This document shows, piece by piece, positions 1 to 9,002 of a stretch of 64,000 nucleotides of DNA. The notes beneath the pieces were generated by a model, which saw nothing but the letters and a program-made list of their open reading frames with translations, was not told the DNA's origin and made no database searches. Origin of the DNA: Parcubacteria group bacterium (lineage in GTDB: Bacteria > Patescibacteriota > Minisyncoccia > Phycocordibacterales > Phycocordibacteraceae); contig JAQBRG010000004.1 in the NCBI GenBank assembly GCA_028286615.1, positions 36,480 through 100,479 on the forward strand. Direction: 5' to 3'. Every line of letters starts with the position of its first letter. Position 1 is the stretch's first letter. A program made the translations under genes and the position numbers.

Positions 1-199
1 CCCAAGCAGAGCTTTTTAGCTTGTTTTCTGTCGAACTCAAGAAAAGAGACGTCAAAGGCGGAACTATAATCATGCGGTTCGGCGACACTGACTACACAGG
101 CGGCACCGTTGAGCACCTGCACGCGCAACTCGTTTCAGGCGCGAAGAGAGGCAAGGGACGAGAGATGATACTAACCGCACTCGGGTACAAAACCAAAAA

Positions 200-1054
200 C
201 TAAACGTTTTGTACCAAGATTATTTCTATACCAGCATTCTTAAGAATTCCGTCTGCATCTAGGCGTGAGTAGCCTTGCGAATAATAGACTTTTGATATTC
301 CCGATCGTGCTATTAAAAAAGCGCAGTTGATGCAAGGGAAAGTACTTGAATACATTGACGCTCCAGCAAGCGAGATCCCTTCTTTTGCTGCCTGAGATAT
401 CAAGTCCGCTTCTGCATGCATGGAAATATACAGATCCGGCCGCTCTCCAAAATCTACGGTTATTCGTGGCGTACCGAAAATATCGAGGGCAAGGTCCGAA
501 GGGAAATAACGCACATGGGCAACGGCAACGACCTCCCCATTCTTTACTATCAATGCACCTATTTGTCTCCACCAATCAGCACTCTTATCCCCTTCCTGGA
601 TAGCTCGCAGCATAAAATCCTGATGCAGTACATCTGTCGTGATTACACGATCAGACGGTACTTCATTTTCTTTGTTAGAAAATACTCCATCCCATCTCAA
701 GAAGATGTTTTCTAGAGTGATTTGTTTACCTGCAAGAAACTTTTCCGCAAAATCTCTAGACACATCTTCATTTGGAAGTATGAATTCCGCAAAGACAGCA
801 AGGTCTTCAACCTTGTCTATCTCAAGAACCGAGACGTGATCATGTAACTTTAGAGCGTGCAGCGCAGCAACTGCTTCGATAGGTTTAAGTGCCCTCAAGT
901 CTCTATTTAAACGCGGGTACGCGTCTATAAAAGAAGTGCCGAGCACAAATACGTGTGCGTCAGGGTACTTCTTAAAAAAGTTCACGTACCCCGCATGCAG
1001 CGCAGGGACATACGCAATGATTGCCTTACTGTGATCGGAATTTTCGGAGTGCAT
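200..1054 (-). CDS. two-domain protein: N-terminal nucleotidyltransferase-like domain (degenerate HxGH: ALHAGY) fused to C-terminal dCMP/cytidine deaminase zinc domain
   Basis: C-terminal HAEADLI ... PCINCAFLI (CDA-fold H/C-A-E and PCxxC zinc motifs). N-terminal IIAYVPALHAGYVNFFKKY...VFVLG parallels the HxGH nucleotidyltransferase signature of the adjacent gene. Confidence 0.55.
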   Translation of the reverse strand: MHSENSDHSKAIIAYVPALHAGYVNFFKKYPDAHVFVLGTSFIDAYPRLNRDLRALKPIEAVAALHALKLHDHVSVLEIDKVEDLAVFAEFILPNEDVSRDFAEKFLAGKQITLENIFLRWDGVFSNKENEVPSDRVITTDVLHQDFMLRAIQEGDKSADWWRQIGALIVKNGEVVAVAHVRYFPSDLALDIFGTPRITVDFGERPDLYISMHAEADLISQAAKEGISLAGASMYSSTFPCINCAFLIARSGISKVYYSQGYSRLDADGILKNAGIEIILVQNV

Positions 1055-1664
1055 TTTCTACCAGTTGCGGGACACCCGCACTTATCTCCTTAGCGAGCTG
1101 ATCTGCACCACTAATGGTAAGCAGGCGTACGCGTGCCGTTGTCGATGTTGCCGCCTGAGGAGGGAGCACGACAATTTCCCCACAGCAGTTTTTGTATTCC
1201 ATCATTTCCTTTTTGGAAAAGTCTTTTGTTGATGCGGAAGTGATCAAAACATCCGGCTTCACAGTTCGAATGAGTTTCTCCATACCGTGCTCCAATTCTC
1301 GAACAGTAAGTATGCTTACTGAGCGTAAGTGCGCGAGCATCTGGAGACGTTCTGATTGCGGAACAATTGGACGTGTTGGTCCTTTGCGAGCGCTAGTGAG
1401 CTCATCTGAATCCACACCCACAATCAGCAGGTCACCGTATGAGAGTGCCTTCTCTAAATAGCGTGCGTGACCTTCATGGAGCATGTCGTACACACCTTGC
1501 GTAAGCACGATCTTGTACCCCATCCGCTTTAAGTCACTCACCACTCCTTCAAGCTCTTTCATATCAGGAATGAGACGGTCCTCAAGATTAGATCCTGAAG
1601 AAAGAATGTTTTTAACCGTTACTGGTTTTCGCTTGATGGTCTTGGCAGCGCTTTTTGAAGACAT
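1026..1664 (-). CDS. cytidylyltransferase-family nucleotidyltransferase (TagD / RfaE-domain-II-like)
   Basis: IVLTQGVYDMLHEGHARYLEKA...LLIVGVDSDE...EIVVLP...STT pattern of HxGH nucleotidyltransferases. Overlaps the upstream gene by 29 nt. Confidence 0.55.
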   Translation of the reverse strand: MSSKSAAKTIKRKPVTVKNILSSGSNLEDRLIPDMKELEGVVSDLKRMGYKIVLTQGVYDMLHEGHARYLEKALSYGDLLIVGVDSDELTSARKGPTRPIVPQSERLQMLAHLRSVSILTVRELEHGMEKLIRTVKPDVLITSASTKDFSKKEMMEYKNCCGEIVVLPPQAATSTTARVRLLTISGADQLAKEISAGVPQLVENALRKFRSQ

Positions 1665-1710
1665 ATATTCAGTTGGATTATGCTGATAGTATACGAGTAC
1701 TTACCTAGCT

Positions 1711-2232
1711 ATGCACACCGTTGACGATACCGAAAAAAGAAGCCGAATATCACTTATCGCTGCTCTCGGAGAGAACCGAGTCATAGGCAAGGAAGGAACT
1801 CTTCCTTGGCATCTTCCTGAAGATCTTAAACGCTTCAAGCAATTAACAATCGGCCACCCCGTTATCATGGGCCGCAAGACTTGGGAATCTATTCCCGAGA
1901 AGTTCCGTCCTCTTCCTGGACGCACTAACTTTGTTATAACTCGAGACCCCGACTACGAAGCTCCTGGCGTACTGCTCTCCTTTACACTCGAAGAAGCCAT
2001 TGCTGCAGCAGCATTTATGCCAGGCAGCGAAGAAATATTTATAATTGGCGGAGGACAGATTTACGCTGCTGCGCTTCCCTTTGCAGACCGTCTGTATCTC
2101 ACAGTAATAAAGGGGGCGGTTGACGGAGATGTATTCTTTCCTGAATACACGGAGTTTGCACATGAAATCTCTAGAGAACATGGAGAGCAAGGAGACATCC
2201 AGTTCGACTGGGTTGCGTTAGAGAAGAAATAA
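1711..2232 (+). CDS. folA: dihydrofolate reductase
   Basis: ISLIAALGENRVIGKEGTLPWHLPEDLKRFKQLT...VIMGRKTWESIP...PLPGRTNFVITR, the classic DHFR signature; 173 aa. Confidence 0.9.
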   Translation: MHTVDDTEKRSRISLIAALGENRVIGKEGTLPWHLPEDLKRFKQLTIGHPVIMGRKTWESIPEKFRPLPGRTNFVITRDPDYEAPGVLLSFTLEEAIAAAAFMPGSEEIFIIGGGQIYAAALPFADRLYLTVIKGAVDGDVFFPEYTEFAHEISREHGEQGDIQFDWVALEKK

Positions 2233-2239
2233 AAAAGAA

Positions 2240-2275
2240 CCCCGAGAGCGCCACAACGTGTGATCACTCTCGGGG
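2240..2275 (-). terminator. hairpin (ccccgagag/ctctcgggg) followed by a T-tract on the minus strand; overlaps the stop of the 2264..3421 gene and lies just after folA
   Basis: 9-bp perfect stem; the T-run is on the minus-strand side only. Confidence 0.45.
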
Positions 2276-3421
2276 TCGTAACTCGGGCCAGTCGCCCAGA
2301 TGAAACTGTTCTGTTTCAGTCGTCTTAGCTTTGCTCGCAGTCTTTCGTCTTCCGTCAGTTCGAACTTGTAGGTGGGCTTTCTCGAAAAGCGGCGTTTCCT
2401 TGAGAAGCGGCATGCGCTCGCGAATTCGAGTCCGTATTTCCCCTGTCTGGTAATACGCTCCAGGGAATACGTTGAATTGGCATTCTAGTTCGAGCGGGCA
2501 GATGGCGCAGGTTAAGAGATATGCCTTTTGGTGCGCCGAATTGTTCCAGTTAACCTCGTTGGGTTCTGGATATATCTTCTTATTATTCTCGTCCCGCTGC
2601 ACAGCCGAACTGGTGTTGCCCGGAGACCTGCCGCACATCACAACTGAAAGCATCCAGAGCGCGTTGCCGAGTTCTACAAGAGACACGTTGTGCTTCCGGC
2701 AATAGCCCTCGAGGACTTCAATCCCCTTCGGAGCAACCTGTTCGTATCGAAGCTTGCCCGTGCGGTCTTCGTCGTCCACAAGAACCCGTGAAGCCACGAG
2801 AATCCTGCAAAGATGGAAATCAACTGGCGGCGAAGCGGTGAACTCCGCAACAAGATTAGCTTCCATGAGGTAGTACGCGAGCATGCTCGCCATCTTTTCC
2901 TGAAAGCCGAGGAATCCCCATCCGAAGTGATCAGCCGTCTCCGGCTTCTTGCCCCGAATCCGTTTGTTGGTTATCCGCTCGTACATGTCCGCAGCAGAGG
3001 TCACTTCGTCAAAGATGGTGCGAGGGTCGCCTTGCCAAAACTGGACCAAGCGACAAGAGTTCTCGTACCAGAAGTGGGCGATTTCCTCTTTCTTGTAGGG
3101 AATCTTGGCTCCCAGAACGTCCTGCAGTTCTTGTTGCGAGACAGAGTTAACCACCGAGAAGGGGTCAAAGTATTCCGGATGTTCCTCCCAAACCCGCACC
3201 AGCTGCCTAACAGCATGGTCGCTTTTGATAGTGCCGCGCATGTAGTGACAGATGTAGAACAAGAATCGCGCCCACAGAAGCGGGTCCTGCCGAATTTCCT
3301 TAGGTATAAAGGTTTGCGGCAATGCCCAGTCTTCTCCGTACGGATACTGTTTGTTTCTGAGAGCTGCCAAAAGCTGCCCGCAGACGATCTCAGCTTGAGA
3401 CCAGTCAATGTGTACAGTCAT
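2264..3421 (-). CDS. HhH-GPD superfamily DNA glycosylase-like protein (Ogg-like)
   Basis: RQDPLLWARFLFYICHYMRGTIKSDHAVRQL resembles the OGG1 [23 protein letters not shown] block. A later PPVDFHLCRIL resembles the PVDVHM/VDTHV catalytic-Asp region of HhH-GPD glycosylases. Assignment is by motif only. Confidence 0.4.
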   Translation of the reverse strand: MTVHIDWSQAEIVCGQLLAALRNKQYPYGEDWALPQTFIPKEIRQDPLLWARFLFYICHYMRGTIKSDHAVRQLVRVWEEHPEYFDPFSVVNSVSQQELQDVLGAKIPYKKEEIAHFWYENSCRLVQFWQGDPRTIFDEVTSAADMYERITNKRIRGKKPETADHFGWGFLGFQEKMASMLAYYLMEANLVAEFTASPPVDFHLCRILVASRVLVDDEDRTGKLRYEQVAPKGIEVLEGYCRKHNVSLVELGNALWMLSVVMCGRSPGNTSSAVQRDENNKKIYPEPNEVNWNNSAHQKAYLLTCAICPLELECQFNVFPGAYYQTGEIRTRIRERMPLLKETPLFEKAHLQVRTDGRRKTASKAKTTETEQFHLGDWPELRPRE

Positions 3422-3480
3422 GTGGCGCCCTTTGTTTCAATGAGTCCGGGTTCACTATACGCAGCCACCCAAACGAGTCA

Positions 3481-3510
3481 ATTAAAAGAAAACCGCTCCT
3501 AGTGGAGCGG
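3481..3510 (-). terminator. rho-independent terminator after the ParB-like gene
   Basis: ccgctcc-tagt-ggagcgg stem with a ttttctttt tract on the minus strand. Confidence 0.5.
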
Positions 3511-4764
3511 CGAGGCAGTAGACACCTCTTCAAGTTTTGCGAAGGCTCGTAGGCCTGGAAGAAATTCGGCCATTTCTGGATGGCTTTTCAGAAGACGTTT
3601 CCATCCTCCTCTACCCTCTTTCCGGGCTAGTTCAGCTAGACCTGGAATGATGTTTTCGATTCGTTCAACAACAGCAACTAGCATTCGTATAGGACTGGCT
3701 GGCGAGTAGTAGTGCAGTTCTTCTGACGTCTTGATGGGCGCCATGTAACTTTCCTTCCCAAGCACTCCTGCCCTTCTGAAGTTTTCAACGACTTCAAAGT
3801 AGGCAATGATTTTCCAGAGTGCCGGGACGAGTTCCCGCTTAACCGTACGCCGCATGCGGTGTTCATGTGCAACATCAGATTCTTCGAGATTGAAGAGTGA
3901 GAGCTGCCCGGCTTTTTGGCTTCGCAGGTCTTCAAGATACTCGCTAACCTTGCGTCCGAAGGTTGTGGCATTCAGTTGGCTAGCCACAGCATCACGCACC
4001 CACCGGTGCATGCCTTCTTCGGCGAGCTTTTCTCCCATAAGCAGCTCGTATCCCTCGGCAAGACGCGCGAGATCCACAAGAGCTCCATACGGCAGACGCA
4101 ATTTCCAAGCGTTATCTCCTGTGACAAGTGCCTGGATGCTTGGCGGCAGGGAGCAGAAGCGCAACGCGCTCTTTACCCATTCCGTCGTGCGTCCGATAGT
4201 GCGAGCGTATTGTCCTGGCGTGAGACCTGGATTTTTCCGTCGCTTATGCCGGTAGAATCGCCAAGCAGCTTCTGCTTCTTGGTGAAGTGGGGGCGTGGTG
4301 TGGCGGTTCTCTTGGAACTGAAGCTCGATAGCTCGCTCAGCATCCATGTCGAAATGGAGTTCAGCGAGATACCCGCTCTCGTAGTTTTCCGTGGGCACGT
4401 ACTTGCCAGTCTTGATACCTAGTTCAACGTGCTGGCTCGTTGCGTGTCGCCGGTGTCCCGCGAAGATGGCGAGGTAGTACTCGTCACCGTCGAGTTCAAC
4501 AGGAATTAAGTCATGTACGGTGTGGTGCGAATCGAAGATCGCATTGATTTCATCAACGTACACCCGAGCCTGATGTGGATCGAGTGCGGCAACCATGCCT
4601 GGCGTTAACTGTCCTTGGGACAGGAAGCTTGGCACCAAGTCTTCGTCTATCTCGTAGGTCTTGCGGACCTGCTCAAGCACAGAGAAGCATTCTGCAGGAA
4701 GACGGACCTTAACGACCCGTTGCACCCGCACCGTGATGTCGTCGAGTCGATATGAGGCAAACAT
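3499..4764 (-). CDS. ParB-like nuclease (ParB/Srx N-domain) plus HTH protein, stand-alone
   Basis: LIPVELDGDEYYLAIFAGHRRHATSQHVELG (ParB GxxRxxA-type box), followed by an HTH-like segment GLTPGQYARTIGRTTEWVKSALRF. No parA is present nearby. Confidence 0.5.
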   Translation of the reverse strand: MFASYRLDDITVRVQRVVKVRLPAECFSVLEQVRKTYEIDEDLVPSFLSQGQLTPGMVAALDPHQARVYVDEINAIFDSHHTVHDLIPVELDGDEYYLAIFAGHRRHATSQHVELGIKTGKYVPTENYESGYLAELHFDMDAERAIELQFQENRHTTPPLHQEAEAAWRFYRHKRRKNPGLTPGQYARTIGRTTEWVKSALRFCSLPPSIQALVTGDNAWKLRLPYGALVDLARLAEGYELLMGEKLAEEGMHRWVRDAVASQLNATTFGRKVSEYLEDLRSQKAGQLSLFNLEESDVAHEHRMRRTVKRELVPALWKIIAYFEVVENFRRAGVLGKESYMAPIKTSEELHYYSPASPIRMLVAVVERIENIIPGLAELARKEGRGGWKRLLKSHPEMAEFLPGLRAFAKLEEVSTASPLH

Positions 4765-4852
4765 GTAAAGACCTCTTTATGACAGGTTGTCATTCTGGGC
4801 AAAGAATACTCCCGTGTTCCGGGGGTGGCCAAATGTATAAAAACTCTGTGTA

Positions 4853-5593
4853 CTATGCTCTCTTCCCCCTCTTCCACTTCTTTCCCGTGTGTAGAAATGG
4901 GGCAAAGAGATCGTCGTTAAGTGCAACAACCAGTGGTTCAGGTTTCTGTTTTCTTTCTGTAAACGTAACCTGCGTTGCGTTTCGTATAACGGCTATAGGT
5001 GTCTGCTGGTTTCCTTCTCCCATTTCAAGCACCGCAGCAACCGCAAGCGCGTCTGCGATATTCGCAACTTCCATTTGAAATGGGCGCCCGAATATATCCG
5101 GAGTATCTTTATACGATTGCAGTGGTTCGAACCCGTCCCAGGACAATGCGAATCCAACTGCACCTCGGCGCAGAGGAAGACTAATGGAGTCGGTTATAAC
5201 AACACCGAGTTGTTTGATGCCGTATTCCCTCTTAAGCCAATTGCGTAACCGTCTCGCGCTTTGCATTGGATCTTTGGGATACAGAATGTAGTGCCCGTTT
5301 CCGTTGCTTTCATCTATACCTGAAGCTCCCGCGAGTGCTCCCGCTGAAATGGTATAGAGCTTTTTATACTTGGCCCGGGGAAACTCAATGTATCGCTCTG
5401 CCTCCTGTCTCTTAAGCTTCTCTTTATCTATTCCCTCCATAGGAAGACAGATGCCTTCGTCTATAGAAACAACTTTGGAAGAGATAGCTACAATGTCTCC
5501 TTCTTTCAACTGCATCCTCGATGCCTTAATGGCTTCAAGAAGATTGTCCTTGGGAGGAAGAAGCTTTCGGAGTTTGTACGCAGTTACTTGCAT
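4853..5593 (-). CDS. CofE-like (F420-0:gamma-glutamyl ligase family) protein
   Basis: GDIVAISSKVVSIDEG ... GVVITDS motif pattern; 246 aa. Confidence 0.4.
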   Translation of the reverse strand: MQVTAYKLRKLLPPKDNLLEAIKASRMQLKEGDIVAISSKVVSIDEGICLPMEGIDKEKLKRQEAERYIEFPRAKYKKLYTISAGALAGASGIDESNGNGHYILYPKDPMQSARRLRNWLKREYGIKQLGVVITDSISLPLRRGAVGFALSWDGFEPLQSYKDTPDIFGRPFQMEVANIADALAVAAVLEMGEGNQQTPIAVIRNATQVTFTERKQKPEPLVVALNDDLFAPFLHTGKKWKRGKRA

Positions 5594-5609
5594 TGCCTCA
5601 CCCTAAAGC

Positions 5610-5650
5610 AAAACAGCCCCGGCGCAAGGCCGGGGCTGTTTTGTGTTTTC
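5610..5650 (-). terminator. bidirectional hairpin terminator downstream of rplK
   Basis: aacagccccggc-gcaa-gccggggctgtt stem with T-rich tracts on both strands. Confidence 0.6.
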
Positions 5651-5653
5651 GTA

Positions 5654-6070
5654 TTACTTAACCACTACACCCATGGAACGAGCTGTTCCTTCAACAATAC
5701 GCTCAGCTGCTTCGATAGACCCAGCTGTTAGGTCTGGCATCTTCTCTTCAGCAATTGCGCGAACCTGTTCGCGGGTTAGTGTTCCTGCCTTGGTTGGTGT
5801 CTTGCTTGAACCCTTATCAATACCTGCTGCCTTAAGGATAAGACGAGACATTGGGGATACTTTGAGGATGAACGTGAAGGTACGGTCGTCATACACGGTC
5901 ATTTCAACCGGAATGATAGATCCCATACGGTCACGGGTCTGCTCGTTGAACTTGTTGACGAAGTCGCCAATGTTAACGCCGGCCGGACCGAGTACGGTAC
6001 CGACAGGAGGAGCAGGAGTTGCTTTGCCTGCTGGAATCTGGAGTTTGATTTTCTTTACTACTTTTGCCAT
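5654..6070 (-). CDS. rplK: 50S ribosomal protein L11
   Basis: [42 protein letters not shown]...; canonical L11. Confidence 0.92.
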   Translation of the reverse strand: MAKVVKKIKLQIPAGKATPAPPVGTVLGPAGVNIGDFVNKFNEQTRDRMGSIIPVEMTVYDDRTFTFILKVSPMSRLILKAAGIDKGSSKTPTKAGTLTREQVRAIAEEKMPDLTAGSIEAAERIVEGTARSMGVVVK

Positions 6071-6093
6071 ATCTTTGTATTAAGGACTCTACG

Positions 6094-6663
6094 CTATAGC
6101 TTGCGGACCTGCAAGAAATCGAGCTCAACCGGTGTTTCGCGGCCGAACATGGCTACGAGCACCTTAACCTTGCCTCGATCCTCATCAATCTCCCCTACCT
6201 TCCCTTCAAGATCCTTGAAAGGACCGTCTCCGATAACCACAGGATCATCTTTCTGAAGGTCGATACGGTGCTTAGGAGCTTCCTGGCCCATACGTTTCAT
6301 AAGGGTGGTAACCTCGTTCTCGTCCATAGGTACAGGAGTTACGCCTGAACCAACGAAACCGGTTACGCGAGGCGTGTTGCGGACAACGAACCACGAGTCT
6401 TCGTCTACAATCATGCGCACGAGAATGTAGCCCGGGTATATCTTCTCTTCCTCAACCACACGCTTCCCTGCCTTAACACGAATCTTCTTCTCGGTTGGCA
6501 CAACAACTTCAAAGATCTTGTTCTCCATACCAAGAGATTCGATACGCTGTTTGAGGTTACGTTCAACTGCGTTCTCGTATCCTGCGTAGGTGTGAATGGT
6601 GTACCAACGTGGCTCGAGGTCTGCTGCGTCTTCTGAGAACTGAGGGGCAGTCTTCATTTCCAT
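6094..6663 (-). CDS. nusG: transcription termination/antitermination factor NusG
   Basis: WYTIHTYAGYENAVERNL ... KOW-like C-terminus; secE-nusG-rplK gene order. Confidence 0.9.
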   Translation of the reverse strand: MEMKTAPQFSEDAADLEPRWYTIHTYAGYENAVERNLKQRIESLGMENKIFEVVVPTEKKIRVKAGKRVVEEEKIYPGYILVRMIVDEDSWFVVRNTPRVTGFVGSGVTPVPMDENEVTTLMKRMGQEAPKHRIDLQKDDPVVIGDGPFKDLEGKVGEIDEDRGKVKVLVAMFGRETPVELDFLQVRKL

Positions 6664-6681
6664 AATAAAAGAGATTAGGGA

Positions 6682-6870
6682 CTAAGCGCCCGTGAGGAAC
6701 TTGGCTGCAAGGCTGGTGAAGGCGTAATCGAAGAGACCGATAATAACGGCCACGAGTGCTGAGATGAGAATAATGAGTACGGTGTGCAGAATAGCCATCT
6801 TGCGATTGGGCCATACCACGTGCGTGAGCTCGCCGCGCACATTCTTGAGATAGGTGATGAAGGATTTCAT
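6682..6870 (-). CDS. secE: preprotein translocase subunit SecE
   Basis: 62-aa single-TM protein with VVWPNRKM...; located upstream of nusG. Confidence 0.8.
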   Translation of the reverse strand: MKSFITYLKNVRGELTHVVWPNRKMAILHTVLIILISALVAVIIGLFDYAFTSLAAKFLTGA

Positions 6871-6956
6871 ACCGACTTGATTACGCTTCCAAATAAAAAA
6901 GCCCTGCGGGCCTTGTGTGTGCGTATGATACTACGGCCTAGAATAGGTGTCAAATA

Positions 6957-6990
6957 GAAAAACCGCGATGCTACCCACCGCGGTTTCTCG
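6957..6990 (-). terminator. terminator after the SIMPL-domain gene
   Basis: aaaccgcg...cgcggttt stem with a ttttt tract on the minus strand. Confidence 0.5.
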
Positions 6991-7009
6991 TATCCTTCTG
7001 ATCTGTTAT

Positions 7010-7807
7010 TTAGCGGATTTCGTAGGTAACTGAGACGGTCATATTGGTCTCGTTCTGCCCTACCGGAAGGGTTGGAGCAACTGATGTCTTGGCATCCATC
7101 ATAGTGCCTCCGTATGCCTGGTTGTACATAGGGTATGCGCCGCCTGTGTTCTCAGAGAAGGACACTACGTCCCCAAGGTGCACGCCGAGCTCCTTTGCGA
7201 GAGCACGAGCCTTAGTCTGTGCGTCCTCGATTGCCTTGGAACGAGCTTCGTCCTTAACCTTGCTGTCGTCATCAACAGTGAAGTCTGGTCCTGAAATGTT
7301 CTGGACATTCAAGCCGCCAAGAGACTCAAGTACGGCTCCAGCCTTGCCTGTATCGCGAACCTTAACCTCTACAGACTGAGATACTTCGTATCCAACAATC
7401 TTTGGCGTGCCTGAAACCATTACTGGGCAGATACCGCTGTAGCAAGGCTGTGGGTACTGGTACTTAGGAGACACGTTGTAGTTCGTAGTCTTCGTATCTT
7501 CCTTCTTAACACCCTGGCTCTCAAGAGCGGCAAGAGCAGCGTCAGTCTTATCGGTTGTTGCCTTCTGCGCATCAGCAACATTGGCTGCTGACTCGGTAAC
7601 GGTGAAGGTTATCTTTGCGAGATCAGGAATGGCCACAGCGTCTCCAGTGCCCTCAACGGTAATAGTGTTGAATGGCTGGTTGGGAGAGCGGCTAAAGGCA
7701 GTCTTCCATGCTGAGACGAGGAGGAAGATGGCGAGAAGCACGAGCACTGCAATAGCGGCGAGTCTGAACGCCTTGCTGCTGCTTAGAGAATTCATAAATT
7801 CGGTCAT
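7010..7807 (-). CDS. SIMPL-domain (DUF541) periplasmic/membrane-anchored protein
   Basis: N-terminal TM segment, then the two-lobed SIMPL-like pattern (TITVEGTGDA ... VKVRDTGKAGAVLESL ... KAIEDAQTKARALA). Confidence 0.45.
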   Translation of the reverse strand: MTEFMNSLSSSKAFRLAAIAVLVLLAIFLLVSAWKTAFSRSPNQPFNTITVEGTGDAVAIPDLAKITFTVTESAANVADAQKATTDKTDAALAALESQGVKKEDTKTTNYNVSPKYQYPQPCYSGICPVMVSGTPKIVGYEVSQSVEVKVRDTGKAGAVLESLGGLNVQNISGPDFTVDDDSKVKDEARSKAIEDAQTKARALAKELGVHLGDVVSFSENTGGAYPMYNQAYGGTMMDAKTSVAPTLPVGQNETNMTVSVTYEIR

Positions 7808-7862
7808 AGAGTAAGTATAAATAAATGAGTACCTTTCGGAGGCAAGTGTAGCACGTGGGTAA

Positions 7863-9002
7863 TTAATGACGATGAGAGTGCGAGGAGTCCGCAGTTCCCT
7901 CGCCAGGCAGGCGTGGGCGTACCATCCGAGTCGCTAAGAAGGTAGTTATGGGAACTGCCAGTATGAGGCCGCAAGATCCAATGAGAATGCGTACAACCTC
8001 AGTAGCAAACACTTCTCCGTTTAGGATGTAAGCAAATGGTGCATTCGCATGCTGCAAAAGCAGGAGGAGTGGCAGCGAAACACCTACGTACGCTATAGCA
8101 AGCGTGTTTACCAACGCACCTATATGTTCCCGGCCAATGCGAATGGCTTTCGTGTAGATTTCCTTTTTCGATAGATGTTGCCCTGCACTCATAAGCTCTT
8201 CAACAACAACCGCCTGGCCAATTGCAATATCGTACAAGACTCCAAGGAGGCCGATCATAATTCCCCCCAGAAGGACGCCAACAAGATCGAGAGTGCCGTT
8301 CGATTGGAAGTGTAGATAGGTACTTTCCTCGGAAGAGTACCCGGAAAGGTGCGCAGCGATAACGACATACCAAGCAGCAAGACCCGTAACCACAATGGTA
8401 CTAATCATGCCGAATACTGCGGCAGTGGTGGTGCGATTAAACCCGTGCGTTATATAGGACCCGGCAATAATAATGAGTGACGACACGCCAATAGAAACGA
8501 ATACTGGCGAATACCCTGCGCTTATGCCCGGCAGCAGAACATAGAAGATCAGGAGCAGACTTCCCGCAAGGCTAAGCAGTCCCCTTATTCCCTGAAGACC
8601 TCCAAAAAGAATTATGAGCAGGCCGAATATCAGAGCCACTATTGCAAGCACTGGCAGACGATACGGATCTGCTACTGAATAGAATTCGCTACCGTCAGTC
8701 GGGCTCACAAGATGACGTAAATAAAAGACGTCGCCAGGTTTCAGCTGGGTGAAATCATTCCGAAACTCCACCGTCTTCCCTTTATCTAAACCATCAAGCA
8801 CCACAGCCGTTAAAGTTTGCGAGCGTGATGGCGTTCCAATGCCTGGAAGATCCTCTATACCAAGATCTATAACTGATACGGTCTTCGCTTTTGCGAATGT
8901 CTCAACATCCGGCTGCATTTGAGCATGCGTTCCCCAGGGTAGAAGAAGCAAAAGGAGCAATGTGCCTACACTACATATCTTTTTCATAGAGTTTTCGCGC
9001 AA
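7863..9002 (-). CDS. YibE/F-family polytopic membrane protein
   Basis: Signal or TM segment followed by multiple TM helices in the conserved YibE/F-like arrangement; assigned by overall resemblance only. Confidence 0.4.
   Translation of the reverse strand: MRENSMKKICSVGTLLLLLLLPWGTHAQMQPDVETFAKAKTVSVIDLGIEDLPGIGTPSRSQTLTAVVLDGLDKGKTVEFRNDFTQLKPGDVFYLRHLVSPTDGSEFYSVADPYRLPVLAIVALIFGLLIILFGGLQGIRGLLSLAGSLLLIFYVLLPGISAGYSPVFVSIGVSSLIIIAGSYITHGFNRTTTAAVFGMISTIVVTGLAAWYVVIAAHLSGYSSEESTYLHFQSNGTLDLVGVLLGGIMIGLLGVLYDIAIGQAVVVEELMSAGQHLSKKEIYTKAIRIGREHIGALVNTLAIAYVGVSLPLLLLLQHANAPFAYILNGEVFATEVVRILIGSCGLILAVPITTFLATRMVRPRLPGEGTADSSHSHRH

Noticed and set aside
21-203. 60-aa ORF at the window start
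   Set aside because: No SD or motif. The window edge prevents judging context. Left unannotated.
240-839. Overlapping ORFs 240-575 (minus), 346-603 (plus), 416-715 (plus) and 639-839 (plus) inside the deaminase gene
   Set aside because: They are antisense or shadow ORFs embedded in a well-supported CDS. No motifs or SDs.
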